From Pseudobdellovibrionaceae bacterium (GTDB lineage Bacteria; Bdellovibrionota; Bdellovibrionia; Bdellovibrionales; JAMPXM01), in the NCBI GenBank assembly GCA_947462815.1, contig CANHQR010000012.1, positions 8,095 to 72,094 on the forward strand: DNA of 64,000 nucleotides. Direction: 5' to 3'. Positions 19,938 to 29,836 of this stretch are shown here, one piece after another (position 1 is the stretch's first letter; each line of letters starts with the position of its first letter). Below the pieces are notes generated by a model, which had not been told where the DNA came from, ran no database searches, and saw nothing but the letters and a program-made list of their open reading frames with translations. Both the position numbers and the translations under genes were made by a program.

Positions 19938-20981
19938 TTAATCACCCAACTGCTGGCGCTCATATCGTTCACGGAAGATCCGCTTAACCTCAGCGCTTTG
20001 CACCTTGGATTGCCGCTGAGCCTCGCGATCTTTGGCTTGCTCAGCTCGAATCGACGCCACTTTGCGGTCGGCCGCCATTCGGTGGACTTGACCCACCCAT
20101 TCGGCTGCACGCATACGGCCCAACGCCGCTTGCTGAAGATCCGTAGCAAACCTCTCTCGAGGGCCAAAATGAAATCGAGCTCGGCGCTCGATAAATTCAT
20201 CCCACTGAAGTGGGACAGGAATCTCGACCAAAGCCTGCGCCGAACGCGATCCAGGACGCCGGATCACCACCTCCGTCCAAGGCGGCAACTCTTGGCTTTG
20301 GGACCAACCCTTAAGCTTCATCGCAACGCTCTTCTCGGATTCATTAAACAGCGCCACAGATTGAAGCGAGTCAGCCGTCAGCTCGGAAGCATCTGAGCCT
20401 CCGCGAACATGAACAATGAAGTCAGCTCCTGGTAAGACTTCAAATTGCCCGAGGTAACTCACGAGCGCCGGAAGATTCAAAGCAGCCCCCGACTCCGGCT
20501 CAAGCGCCGTGACCCTGACACGACCTCGCAAAACCCGAAATTGCGAGCTCTGTTCGGCATCTACAAGCTCCACCATCGCGGAGTCAATCATCGTAAAACG
20601 AACACCCTGCCAGGCGAAAGTGATCCGACGACCTTCCCCAACTCGCAGTGCGCACCGGTGATCCCGAGAAGAGGACGTGGAAACGAGAGCCGCATCAAAA
20701 TGTATGCGATGCTTTCCCTTGGAAACTTCCTTGGCCAACGACGATTGAGCTGAAATTTCTCGGCGACAGGACTCTTCCTGTCCATCACAGACTCGGGGCA
20801 TGAGCCGCAAGCACGAGTTGGGCTCCATAACAATTTGACCGGATTTGATTTGCAAACGTTCGTCAACTTGTAGAGGTAAAGTCGAAACGCGGTCATGAGC
20901 TCCGATTCTTAAATCGATAACAAAGCCGACCGCAAAACCTAAGGCGAGACCGAGGAGAGTGGGACCCCGACGTCGACTCAC
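19938..20981 (-). CDS. Hypothetical membrane-anchored protein
   Basis: 347 aa. N-terminal anchor RRRGPTLLGLALGFAVGFVI. 4-nt overlap with the upstream TPR gene. Basic coiled C-terminus. Only a vague FecR-like beta-rich middle region. Confidence 0.5.
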   Translation of the reverse strand: MSRRRGPTLLGLALGFAVGFVIDLRIGAHDRVSTLPLQVDERLQIKSGQIVMEPNSCLRLMPRVCDGQEESCRREISAQSSLAKEVSKGKHRIHFDAALVSTSSSRDHRCALRVGEGRRITFAWQGVRFTMIDSAMVELVDAEQSSQFRVLRGRVRVTALEPESGAALNLPALVSYLGQFEVLPGADFIVHVRGGSDASELTADSLQSVALFNESEKSVAMKLKGWSQSQELPPWTEVVIRRPGSRSAQALVEIPVPLQWDEFIERRARFHFGPRERFATDLQQAALGRMRAAEWVGQVHRMAADRKVASIRAEQAKDREAQRQSKVQSAEVKRIFRERYERQQLGD

Positions 20982-21697
20982 AGATCAACCCTCTTCAGAG
21001 CCATTTTTGCCTGCATCTTGATTTCATTCTGTGGATAATTCTGTAGGATCGATCGATAGACATCGGCCGCATCTTCCATTCGATCTCGAAGCTCGTAAAT
21101 CTTCGCTAAGCGCAATAGCGCGAATCCCGTCAATTCACTTTCCGGATAGAGTCTCAGCATCTCTTCGATGGTCTCGACGCAACTCTCAAAGTCTCGGCTT
21201 CGGTACAAACCTTCCACCAACAGAAAGCGAGCCTCAGGACCATGAATCGAATCGGGATAACTGCGAATGAGATCGGAAAGCCGTTTATTGGAAACCTCAA
21301 AATTTTGCGCTCGAAAGTCCGCTTTGGCTCGCTCGAGCAGACTCGAGGCCCGCTCGATCTTCAACTCAGTCTCAGGGGCATTGGTGACGCTTGCAATCGC
21401 GCGCGCCTTGTAGGTTCTCGCATCTTGAGCGATCGCGCGATATTGTGAAGGCAAAATTGTCGCGACTTGAGTACCCAGCTCTCGCACCTGCTCTAGAGCC
21501 AACTGTTCCCGCAGTTCAGCTTGGGCCCGAGCCTGCTGCGCCAACTCCAACTGACGAACCAGAGCATCGCGGTCATGCCCTCCTTGACTCGCGAGCTGAC
21601 GTAGGCCGATAAACGCAAAGGCCAAGATCAACATCACTGAGGCAAAGAGGCCGCCACTCATCGCAGAATGTCGCGCCTTATTTTTTTGAGCCGCCAT
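20978..21697 (-). CDS. YbgF/CpoB-like protein (N-terminal anchor, coiled coil, C-terminal TPR repeats)
   Basis: 239 aa. Coiled QLELAQQARAQAELREQLALEQ, then repeated ...YPDS/YPES/YPQN TPR units typical of YbgF. Confidence 0.6.
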   Translation of the reverse strand: MAAQKNKARHSAMSGGLFASVMLILAFAFIGLRQLASQGGHDRDALVRQLELAQQARAQAELREQLALEQVRELGTQVATILPSQYRAIAQDARTYKARAIASVTNAPETELKIERASSLLERAKADFRAQNFEVSNKRLSDLIRSYPDSIHGPEARFLLVEGLYRSRDFESCVETIEEMLRLYPESELTGFALLRLAKIYELRDRMEDAADVYRSILQNYPQNEIKMQAKMALKRVDL

Positions 21698-21867
21698 GTG
21701 AGCACCCTCATTGAACCGACTTTCAACTCACTCGCCTGAAGCCGCGAGCATCAATTGAAGCAACTTCGATAAACCTGTGAGTCCATTCGATTTATCGCTC
21801 ATTTAGTTATCGGCAATTTCGAGCAAGGAAATGAGTTGAGAAGCTGGATTCCCTAGGACTTTGACGG

Positions 21868-21892
21868 CACTTGTCTCAGATTGAGACAAGTG
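21868..21892. repeat. Perfect palindrome/hairpin, 11-bp arms, 3-nt loop (CACTTGTCTCA-gat-TGAGACAAGTG)
   Basis: Read directly. Lies 9 nt downstream of the stop of the RlmM-like gene and ~170 nt upstream of the YbgF-like start. No U-tract follows on the minus strand. Confidence 0.9.
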
Positions 21893-21901
21893 AGTCGCGC
21901 A

Positions 21902-22933
21902 TCAAGGTCGATCCATCCAAACGGTGATCTCATGCTTGTTATGCCAAAGCCGCCGCGCGGTCACTCGCCGATCGTCGAGCTGACGACTCAAAAGTCTGAG
22001 ATCCTCAGTTTCTGGTACACCTTTGAACTTTACGGTGATGACGAAACGCTGATCGCGCTGACGAAGAGCCTCGATCAGCTGGAGGCTTCTCTGTGGAGAC
22101 GCAATTACATCGCAAGTGACCCAATCCCAAGGGCCAATCGGCCATGAGGTCAAATCAAACGCATCACCTTGATGGGCTGATTCGATTCTCGACCGAACTC
22201 GGGGATCGAGTTCGTCCAGCGAGCTTCGATCCAAAGTCACGACCCGACATCCTGCCTCAAGTAAAACCCAAGTCCATCCTCCCGGGCTCGCCCCGAGATC
22301 AAGAACTCGCTCACCGGCGAGAGGCTGAAATGCACTCCTCCAGCTCCACTCCCAGAGCTTGAGGTAAGCCCGGGAAGGTGGATTCTTCCGATCCTCGATA
22401 AAGCACCATTGTCCCTCCGGTGCAATTTCCCGAAACCTCGTGGCCCAAAGCAGCTGATCCGAATCAAGCCAAATGAATCCGCCACACGCATATTTTTGCC
22501 ACGATTGCTTGATCTGCAAATTCGCCGCGCTCGCCCAACCTAAGGGCAACTTCCACTTCTTTCGTCGGAGCTGTTCTTCGAGAAGAGCCCCGCGACGAAT
22601 TCGACCTCTCGGAATGGCACGCCAAATCTGCGCCGGCTCCTCATGTTGAGAAAGCAAGTTCCGCGCTTCGCCGATACTACCAACCGAGGAGACTTGGCCA
22701 CATTCGGCTCCATCATCGGCCCAAATCTCAAGAAGACGAAGCGTCGATGCATTCGCCGAAACACAGCGAGGATCAAACTTCAAAATCTGAAGTTTCGAAT
22801 CAAAAACGGTTTCCGACTCCGGAGAGTTCAAGAGATCCGTGCGAGAGAAAGGGACGACGCTCGTATCGAGAATTCTCGAGACACAAGACTGGCCCCATAG
22901 ATCTTCAGCGCGAAACAACAAAAACGAGTTCAC
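21902..22933 (-). CDS. RlmM-like SAM-dependent rRNA 2'-O-methyltransferase
   Basis: PSRAYLKLWEW...GERVLDLGASPGGWTWVLLEAGCRVVTLD...WDWVTCDVIASP matches the RlmM/FtsJ-type SAM pocket. Start proposed at GTG 22933, which forms a GTGA overlap with the argS stop. The ORF-track ATG at 22996 would overlap argS by 67 nt. Confidence 0.65.
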   Translation of the reverse strand: MNSFLLFRAEDLWGQSCVSRILDTSVVPFSRTDLLNSPESETVFDSKLQILKFDPRCVSANASTLRLLEIWADDGAECGQVSSVGSIGEARNLLSQHEEPAQIWRAIPRGRIRRGALLEEQLRRKKWKLPLGWASAANLQIKQSWQKYACGGFIWLDSDQLLWATRFREIAPEGQWCFIEDRKNPPSRAYLKLWEWSWRSAFQPLAGERVLDLGASPGGWTWVLLEAGCRVVTLDRSSLDELDPRVRSRIESAHQGDAFDLTSWPIGPWDWVTCDVIASPQRSLQLIEALRQRDQRFVITVKFKGVPETEDLRLLSRQLDDRRVTARRLWHNKHEITVWMDRP

Positions 22934-24810
22934 ATGACCTGAGGGGCGCGAATCGAAAGCAATCGCAGGCCTCGCGCGAGAACCACACGCGTGCACTCCA
23001 CCAAGGCCATGCGCGATCCCCGAACTGGCTCAGCCTCGTCGAGAATGCGATGCTCATGATAGAATCTGGAAAACGCTGCACAGACCTCGAGGAGATACTG
23101 AGCTAGGACGTTGGGTCGAAAACCAGCGAAGGCCGACTCCAAGACCTCATCGAAGCTCATCAATTGTCGGATCAGCTCGCGTTCTTCGGGCGAATCCAGT
23201 ACAGCCACTTTCTCTAGATTTGGCTTGAGTCCAGCCGCTTCAAATTTTTTGATCAACGAAGCACATCGCACATGCATGTACTGCACATACGGACCGCTAT
23301 CGCCTTCAAAGCTCAAAATTCGATCCCAATCAAATTCAACGTTCTTGCTTCGATCAAACAGCAGATCATTGAAGATGACGGCACCGACGCCGACTTCCTC
23401 AGCGACACGGACTCGTTCTGCCTCGGAGAGATTAGGATTCTTCGACTGAATGATCCCTTGCGTCCGCTCAATCGCCTGGCGGAGAACCTCTTCAAGAAAT
23501 ATCACCTGTCCTTTGCGGGTGGACATTTTGACGCCTTCTTTGAAGCGATAGAGGCCAAAGGCGATGTGATGACAACCCTCAACCCAATCATAGCCACAGA
23601 GCTGAAGTACCTTGAAGACCTGCTTGAAGTGCAGACTCTGTTCGAAGCCCACCACATAGAGATTCATATCGGCTTTCAATTCTTCTCGCCGATAAATAGC
23701 GCTCGCTAAATCGCGGGTTGCATAAAGCGAAGCGCCGTCACTTTTTCGAATCAAACAAGGCGGCATGTCTTCGCCCAACGGCACAACGTAGGCTCCGTCA
23801 CTAAGAACGAGGAGGTTCTTTCGTTCAAGCAAATCTTCAACGGCCTTTAAGCGATCATTGTAGAAGCTCTCGCCGCGAACCAGGTCGTGCTTCACGCCGA
23901 GAAGATCCCAGACCTTTTGGTATTCCGCGAGGGAGATCTGTACGAAACGCCTCCAGATCGTTTGAATCTCAGGATCACCATCTTCCAACTTTTTAAACTC
24001 GGCCGAACCCAAGGCTTCCAGCTCGGGTCGCTTCTCGGCCTCTTCATGAAATCGCACGTAAATGGCAAACAAACTCGGAAAGGCTTGGCCCTCAAAATCA
24101 TATTCGTGGCCCCATTCGCGATAGGCCCAAGCGAGTTTTCCAAACTGTACGCCCCAATCACCGAGATGATTCAAACCAATCACCTCGTAACCCTGTGACT
24201 CGGCCAAATTGCGAATGGCTTGACCGATCACCGTTGCCCGCAAGTGACCGACGTGCATCGGCTTCGCGACGTTGGGTGACGAATAATCAATAACGAGGCG
24301 TCGGCCTCGACCTCGTTCTGAATTACCCAAGGTTGAAGCCATAGGATCGAGCTTCAAAGCCGCAGCGACGGCTTGAATGAGGCGATCTTGGAACGCTTGA
24401 TCCGAGATCGTCAGATTCAAAAAACCACCGACGGCATCAGCCCGTGCCAAGCCCAACTTCTGGCAACGAGAATCGCCCGCCGCAATTCGCTTTTGAATCA
24501 GTTCCGCAAATCTCGTCGCGAGCACAGGTGGAGGTTGGCGGAGAATCTTGGCCAAAGGAAAAAGCGGCCAAGCCAGATGACCATGTTCAAGCTTCTTGGG
24601 GCGCTCGATCACAGCTTCGATTTGCTCCACAGTGATGGAGGCTTCAACGCCACCAGCGGCCGTCAAGCCTTTACCTGGCGCAGAAGCCGAAGCCTGGTCC
24701 CGAGCCTCCGTCGCACCGTCTTGAGGCGCTTGGCGCATAACATCGCTGAGCACTTCAGTTAAAATGAATGACAAAAACTGAGCCGTTTCGCGCCGCAACT
24801 GTCTTTGCAT
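22930..24810 (-). CDS. argS: Arginine--tRNA ligase
   Basis: 626 aa. SPNVAKPMHVGHLR (HIGH), ...MSTRKG (KMSK-like), C-terminal DALR region ending in M. Carries a low-complexity insert near the N-terminus. Confidence 0.95.
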   Translation of the reverse strand: MQRQLRRETAQFLSFILTEVLSDVMRQAPQDGATEARDQASASAPGKGLTAAGGVEASITVEQIEAVIERPKKLEHGHLAWPLFPLAKILRQPPPVLATRFAELIQKRIAAGDSRCQKLGLARADAVGGFLNLTISDQAFQDRLIQAVAAALKLDPMASTLGNSERGRGRRLVIDYSSPNVAKPMHVGHLRATVIGQAIRNLAESQGYEVIGLNHLGDWGVQFGKLAWAYREWGHEYDFEGQAFPSLFAIYVRFHEEAEKRPELEALGSAEFKKLEDGDPEIQTIWRRFVQISLAEYQKVWDLLGVKHDLVRGESFYNDRLKAVEDLLERKNLLVLSDGAYVVPLGEDMPPCLIRKSDGASLYATRDLASAIYRREELKADMNLYVVGFEQSLHFKQVFKVLQLCGYDWVEGCHHIAFGLYRFKEGVKMSTRKGQVIFLEEVLRQAIERTQGIIQSKNPNLSEAERVRVAEEVGVGAVIFNDLLFDRSKNVEFDWDRILSFEGDSGPYVQYMHVRCASLIKKFEAAGLKPNLEKVAVLDSPEERELIRQLMSFDEVLESAFAGFRPNVLAQYLLEVCAAFSRFYHEHRILDEAEPVRGSRMALVECTRVVLARGLRLLSIRAPQVM

Positions 24811-25180
24811 TTCGCCAACTTAGCAAATGACACGGTCAATGACTAGCCTAGAACTCCTCCCCTCAACTCGCCGCCGCCCTGTGGCCCGATCTTCATACGC
24901 AGCCCAAGAGGGCCGCTGGTCAGCTCGAAAGATGAAGCAACTTGCAACGCTTTCCAGGTGATTTTCAGAAAGATCTTTTGATGGGCTTGACCCCCTCGCG
25001 AGCAAAACCTAGATAAGTCGATCGAAACGATTTGGCGCAAGCCCAACCCGTCTCACTCGCCAACGATCATCGCCCCAAAGCTCGACAAGCCCAAACGGCC
25101 GAGGGCACAGGGTGCGAGAATCGGTTCTCTCTGAACCGGTGCCGATCGCCGAGCGACGCCAGAGCCAACCGAGGACGCGA

Positions 25181-25495
25181 ATGAACAAAGCGGAATTGAT
25201 TGATAAGGTGGCGCAGAAAACCAAGCTGACCAAAACTCAGAGTGAATTACTACTCGATGCCGCCTTGGAAGTGATCGCCAAAGCCGTTGCAAAAGGCGAA
25301 GAGGTCAAATTGGTGGGCTTTGGTACGTTCTCGACCAGCGCCCGACAGTCGCGAAAGGGCCGAAATCCTAAGACCGGCACCCAAGTGCACATTCCCGCTA
25401 CCAAAGTTCCAAAATTCAAGCCCGGAAAAGACTTCCGAGAGTTGCTCGCCAAAAAGAGTCTCGGATCAACCCAAGTGGCGAACGATTCGAATTAA
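25181..25495 (+). CDS. hup: HU family DNA-binding protein
   Basis: Start at ATG 25181: MNKAELIDKVAQKTKLTKTQSELLLDAALEVIAKAVAKGEEVKLVGFGTFSTSARQSRKGRNPKTGTQVHIPATKVPKFKPGK. Confidence 0.93.
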   Translation: MNKAELIDKVAQKTKLTKTQSELLLDAALEVIAKAVAKGEEVKLVGFGTFSTSARQSRKGRNPKTGTQVHIPATKVPKFKPGKDFRELLAKKSLGSTQVANDSN

Positions 25496-25543
25496 TGCCC
25501 GAAGCCAAGTTTCGAGGGCCTCCAGCGCCGGGAACCGAGAGAT

Positions 25544-27637
25544 TCACTCTGTTTTCGCGCCCTCTCTCCACGTCAGAGCACCAATTCCTTCTTTGGTACG
25601 AGCCAGCTCGCTAATCAAGCCCGAGAGCTGATCGCTCGCCACATCACGCTGTTGGCGAATGCTCTGCTGATACTGAGTCCCCAATTCCTTCATCGACTGT
25701 TGAATCAGGACCAATCTCCCTGTGGGCTCAGGAAAAACCTGTTGTTCGATCGGTTTGCGGCTGAGATTCGAAAGCTGGGACTCCGCCTGTTTCATTCGGC
25801 CCTGCCAATTCACCATGAACTGCGACCACAGCTCTGACCGACCTCGCAATTGGCCATACTTTTCACCCAATTCGCGCGCCATGAGGTCCAAATCACGCGC
25901 GAGATAGAAAAGGGCCTTTTTCTGCGACTGCGCCTCAAAAGAAATGGCGCGGAGGTGCTCTTCCATTTGACTAAGGAATTGCGCATTTCGCTCCCCGTAA
26001 AACACAACTTGCTCAGCGATTTGCTCACCGACACTCACGCGAACTTTGTATTCACCAAGAGGCAGTTGAAAGCTCTTTAATCTGATCTTCACGAGATCCG
26101 CATTAAACTCCTCCGATGGAACTGGCCAGACTTTCTCTTGTCGAACATGATAACGCTGCAAAACTTGTCCGACATCGGCGGTGAAGCTCACTTTGAGTTC
26201 GGTCGCACCCAGTGCTTTCACACCTTCAACCAAGATGGCCGCATCGCCTTGATCAAGCTTCTGACCACGAACTCGAAGTGTGCCGGTCGGACTCAAAGGC
26301 GAGGATTCAACGAACCCCGAGCCTTGCCCCTTCACTGGATCACTCTCGACGTTAAAGCCCGAACGCAAGTTGGCGGCCACTCCCGTCGCTGGAGTCTCTG
26401 TTTGATCCTTTGGCCTTGGAGCATTGAGTGACGCGGCTCCCTCAGTGGCGTTTCGCCGCACAAGCTCTGAAGCCTGTGAGCTCATTTCCGTCGATGCGGG
26501 ACGAGTGACGAGATGCTGTCCGAACAAGAGGGCCAAGCCCATCAAGAAACCACCCGCCGCCTTTTTGCCCCAAATCTCCCAAGGATCCCGTCGCGGAGCT
26601 GCCTCAGCACCTTTCACTTTGGCCGCTTTCTGTTGGCCCGTGACGATCTGTGGGCGGAAATGTGCCTCGCGCGCATCCGTAGTTGGCACATCACTTTGAG
26701 ACGCGGATTTTTCAGACCCAGTCTGACCGGGGGCCGAAGCTCGAGGCTCTGGATCTTTCATCAAAGACAGCCGATCAGACTCTTGAGTCAGAGACTGGGA
26801 GACCTGCGACGCTCTTTCATGCTCCCAAGGCACTTGGGCCAAGTCACGACCCACGACGACTTCGACTTCATCTCCATCATCTTCAAACGGAGACCAGGAC
26901 TTCGCTACGTGCTCGTTCGTCGGCTGCTTACCTGTCAGAAGAATCTCTTCAGCCAAGCGGTCAATTCGATTCAATTCACCTGTGGCGATCGACGCGTGCG
27001 TCTCGAGGTCCCGCTTGACCGCAAGCTCGGCCTCCGCAATCTCTATTTCGCCGAGCGCCGGTAGTGGCGGTGGCACAGGAGGAGATTCGGCTCGCAGCCG
27101 TGAACGACGATCAAACTCCGGTAGATTCCCGAGTCGAGTCCATTGATCCAATCCAGGTCGCCATGCAAATTGCGAATACACAAATTGTCCACTCGCCAAA
27201 CCATCGATCACGGTCGCCGTGGAAAACGGACCTTCCTGCGAATAAGATCCTCCCGCAGGCCTCAAGATCACCCAAGCCACCGCTGGCAAAACTTCGGGCG
27301 ACATTTCAGGTTGCGCCTCAATTTTTGGACGCTCAGGCGCGCGCAGTTCCGGAAAGGATGCCAATGGTTTCCACTCCAAATCTCCATCGCGGAAAACAAG
27401 ATCCAGCGCTCGCAGGCGACCATTGACCAACATGGATCGTAACTGATCCGCCGAGTAGGGACCTTCCGAGCGACCTTTCGCATCAATGTAAAATGAGTTC
27501 GATGAAGAGTTTTGCGAGTGGCTTCGCGGCGTGTGTCTTGATCCTGACAAATGCACGCGCTCATCCGGCGAGACACCGACTCTTTGATCCATAGGTTCTC
27601 GATTTGGCAGCCCGTTCGGCGGTGTTTTTTGAGACAT
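25544..27637 (-). CDS. Large membrane protein with two N-terminal GYF_2 (DUF4339)-like domains
   Basis: 697 aa. FYIDAKGRSEGPYSADQLRSMLVNGRLRALDLVFRDGDLEWKPLASFPEL and a second ...QEGPFSTATVIDGLASGQFVYSQFAWRPGLDQWTRLGNLPEF. One TM (GGFLMGLALLFGQHLV). Uncharacterised C-terminal ~300 aa. Confidence 0.6.
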   Translation of the reverse strand: MSQKTPPNGLPNREPMDQRVGVSPDERVHLSGSRHTPRSHSQNSSSNSFYIDAKGRSEGPYSADQLRSMLVNGRLRALDLVFRDGDLEWKPLASFPELRAPERPKIEAQPEMSPEVLPAVAWVILRPAGGSYSQEGPFSTATVIDGLASGQFVYSQFAWRPGLDQWTRLGNLPEFDRRSRLRAESPPVPPPLPALGEIEIAEAELAVKRDLETHASIATGELNRIDRLAEEILLTGKQPTNEHVAKSWSPFEDDGDEVEVVVGRDLAQVPWEHERASQVSQSLTQESDRLSLMKDPEPRASAPGQTGSEKSASQSDVPTTDAREAHFRPQIVTGQQKAAKVKGAEAAPRRDPWEIWGKKAAGGFLMGLALLFGQHLVTRPASTEMSSQASELVRRNATEGAASLNAPRPKDQTETPATGVAANLRSGFNVESDPVKGQGSGFVESSPLSPTGTLRVRGQKLDQGDAAILVEGVKALGATELKVSFTADVGQVLQRYHVRQEKVWPVPSEEFNADLVKIRLKSFQLPLGEYKVRVSVGEQIAEQVVFYGERNAQFLSQMEEHLRAISFEAQSQKKALFYLARDLDLMARELGEKYGQLRGRSELWSQFMVNWQGRMKQAESQLSNLSRKPIEQQVFPEPTGRLVLIQQSMKELGTQYQQSIRQQRDVASDQLSGLISELARTKEGIGALTWREGAKTE

Positions 27638-27739
27638 CCGTGTCTCCTTCCTACGTTCCTGCTCTCCCAGTCTTCAATTTTGTCCCCGAGCCGCTTTTCA
27701 ATGCAAGCTCAAAGTCCAGAGCGCTGCGATTCCACGATG

Positions 27740-29716
27740 CTAAATTCGTTCTCGCCGCGGACGATGCGACAAACTCTTCATCAAGACATCTGAGGGAGCG
27801 ACTTCGGTTCCTACAGCTCGAGCCAACCGACCGAGAATCTGCAAATACTCACGACGAAAGTCGGGCCGCATAACATCCAACTTAAACCACCGCGACAATT
27901 CGCGCCGCGGAAGCTTGTGTGCGCGATCCGCGGTAAAAATGCGCTCGCCGAGCATGCGCCCTAAAACCAAAGCGGCCCACAGCCAACTCGACGTTCGCTT
28001 GGGGCGCACCTGAACGCGGCGCTGGCGACCCTGATGAAAATGCATGAGCTCCAACATTCTTTGATCCAAAGCGAGCCGAAGCGCCTCACGCTCTTCTTCG
28101 GCAGGGGAACCACCCGTCAAACCGTGAGGCCAAGCTTGAAGACTGGCTCGAAGATCGGCAAAGCTCTCCGACTGGCGTTTGGGGTTGACGTACTTCGATG
28201 CGAAGTAAGCCAGACCCTCCACAAAAATCGCCGCCTCAAAGTCACTTGGAAATTTCCACGTGAGTCGATGCCGACCACTGGCCTTCATTTGCAAATACTC
28301 GCCAGCAAGGTGAGCCGCATGGTTGACCGTAGGCTGACCGAGACATGCCCACTCACCTGCCGGAATGACAAAGCTTCGCTCCTCGAACATCAATTTTCTC
28401 GCCAGCTCTCGATCGGTCGCTTTGAGCTGATTTTCGATTTTGCGCCATAGCCTTGGATCGGACACGAGATACACCGACAAGTTTTGGGTATCTCGCTGGA
28501 CCTCAATTCGAAGCCCAAGTTGCTGGGAAATCCATTTTATGTGACGGCGCACATGATCCGTTGGATCGAAATCCTCCTCGGTTCGACCCGCATCCGCCCA
28601 CTCCAGCTCGACGGTTCGATCCAGGTGCAGGAGATAGCTCTGCCAAAGCACCCAAGGCGGCGAGCACAGGGCCACAAACCGACGCACGCCAGATAAAGAC
28701 TCCGCTCTTTGCGTTATGGCGCCACGGCGCGAACCTTCAAAGGCAGCGACACTTGACTCTCTCATGGCCGGCGCGTCCAAAAACCTCACGACATCAACAG
28801 TATGCTCCAGGGATTTGAGTGCCAGCTTGAAGTAAACATCCTCGCCCATCACATGCAGAGCTAAGATCGAAGCTCCCCGCCAATTGCCTCGCAAATTTCG
28901 GCTCGCCGAAGCCCCCTTCATCGTGAGTAAATGTCTTTCAATTCCAGGAAGATGCAACTCACCCATAATGAGATAGATGAGCGCTCCAGGCTCTTGAAGA
29001 CTCGCCACCCAGAGTCGCTTGGCCACAAAGGCATCTTGCTTGAACAAACCCTGCCGACCCGCCGTCAATTCTCTTGGCCAGCCGCAGGCCAAAATTTTCC
29101 AACGTCGTCGACGCGCGAGTTCCAAAAGGGATCGGTAGTTCTCAAAGGGAAACCCCCAACGCGAATCCCACTTTGCCTTGTTACGGAGCTTTTCGAGGTC
29201 AATTCGGCCCGCTAAAAATTCATCAACCCACTTTTGGCTCGAGATCTCAAAGCACTCCATCGCCAAGATAAGGCCCCGTTCAATCGCCACCTGGCGAAGA
29301 ATCTTAAAGTGCGTCCGCTGCGCAGGGCCGTGTGCATGGAAGTCTCCTCCCAAAACAAAATCGACGGACTCGAGTTCCGCCAAGATCTCCGACTTCGACG
29401 ACGGACGAAAACGAGACTTCAAACGACGCTCAACCTCGCGATGCGCAGCTCTCACGTCCGAAGGGTCCTCACCGACGCGTTGACGCACTTCCGCCTTCAC
29501 GCTTTTGAGCAGTTGCTTTCGCGCTCGAATCCAATCGGGATCCACTTTCGGACCCCGATCGGCAGCCTTCCGCGAGTTTAAAACTCGCGCTGAAGCAGAA
29601 CCGGCTCCCCGACCTTTGGATTTGGGGCGAGCTTTTGTGGCCGAAGCTTTTGAGTTCAAACGTTTTTGTTGAGGCATACCTTCCTGATGTTGAAAGCCGA
29701 AAGGCCAATCGTCCAT
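27740..29716 (-). CDS. Hypothetical protein with ChaN/Tiki-superfamily-like N-terminal domain
   Basis: 658 aa. DFVLGGDFHAHGPAQRTHFKILRQVA...LILAMECFEISSQKWVDEFLAGRI...W..RWGFPFENYRSLLELARRRRWKILA resembles the PF04187-type (ChaN) pattern. The C-terminal ~330 aa are unknown. Confidence 0.45.
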   Translation of the reverse strand: MDDWPFGFQHQEGMPQQKRLNSKASATKARPKSKGRGAGSASARVLNSRKAADRGPKVDPDWIRARKQLLKSVKAEVRQRVGEDPSDVRAAHREVERRLKSRFRPSSKSEILAELESVDFVLGGDFHAHGPAQRTHFKILRQVAIERGLILAMECFEISSQKWVDEFLAGRIDLEKLRNKAKWDSRWGFPFENYRSLLELARRRRWKILACGWPRELTAGRQGLFKQDAFVAKRLWVASLQEPGALIYLIMGELHLPGIERHLLTMKGASASRNLRGNWRGASILALHVMGEDVYFKLALKSLEHTVDVVRFLDAPAMRESSVAAFEGSRRGAITQRAESLSGVRRFVALCSPPWVLWQSYLLHLDRTVELEWADAGRTEEDFDPTDHVRRHIKWISQQLGLRIEVQRDTQNLSVYLVSDPRLWRKIENQLKATDRELARKLMFEERSFVIPAGEWACLGQPTVNHAAHLAGEYLQMKASGRHRLTWKFPSDFEAAIFVEGLAYFASKYVNPKRQSESFADLRASLQAWPHGLTGGSPAEEEREALRLALDQRMLELMHFHQGRQRRVQVRPKRTSSWLWAALVLGRMLGERIFTADRAHKLPRRELSRWFKLDVMRPDFRREYLQILGRLARAVGTEVAPSDVLMKSLSHRPRRERI

Positions 29717-29836
29717 GCCAAAGATTCAATTCGATCGATGCGAAAGCTCGAGTTTCCCAACCCTCGCCAGGTGACGGAACGCAGGCCATGCCTCAACGTG
29801 CTTGACGCAGGACCGACAAAGCTGAAGAGTTGGGGC

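Noticed and set aside
21030-21038. Perfect DnaA box TGTGGATAA
   Set aside because: It is a single copy inside the YbgF-like coding sequence, with no cluster of boxes or AT-rich unwinding element. It is not an origin.
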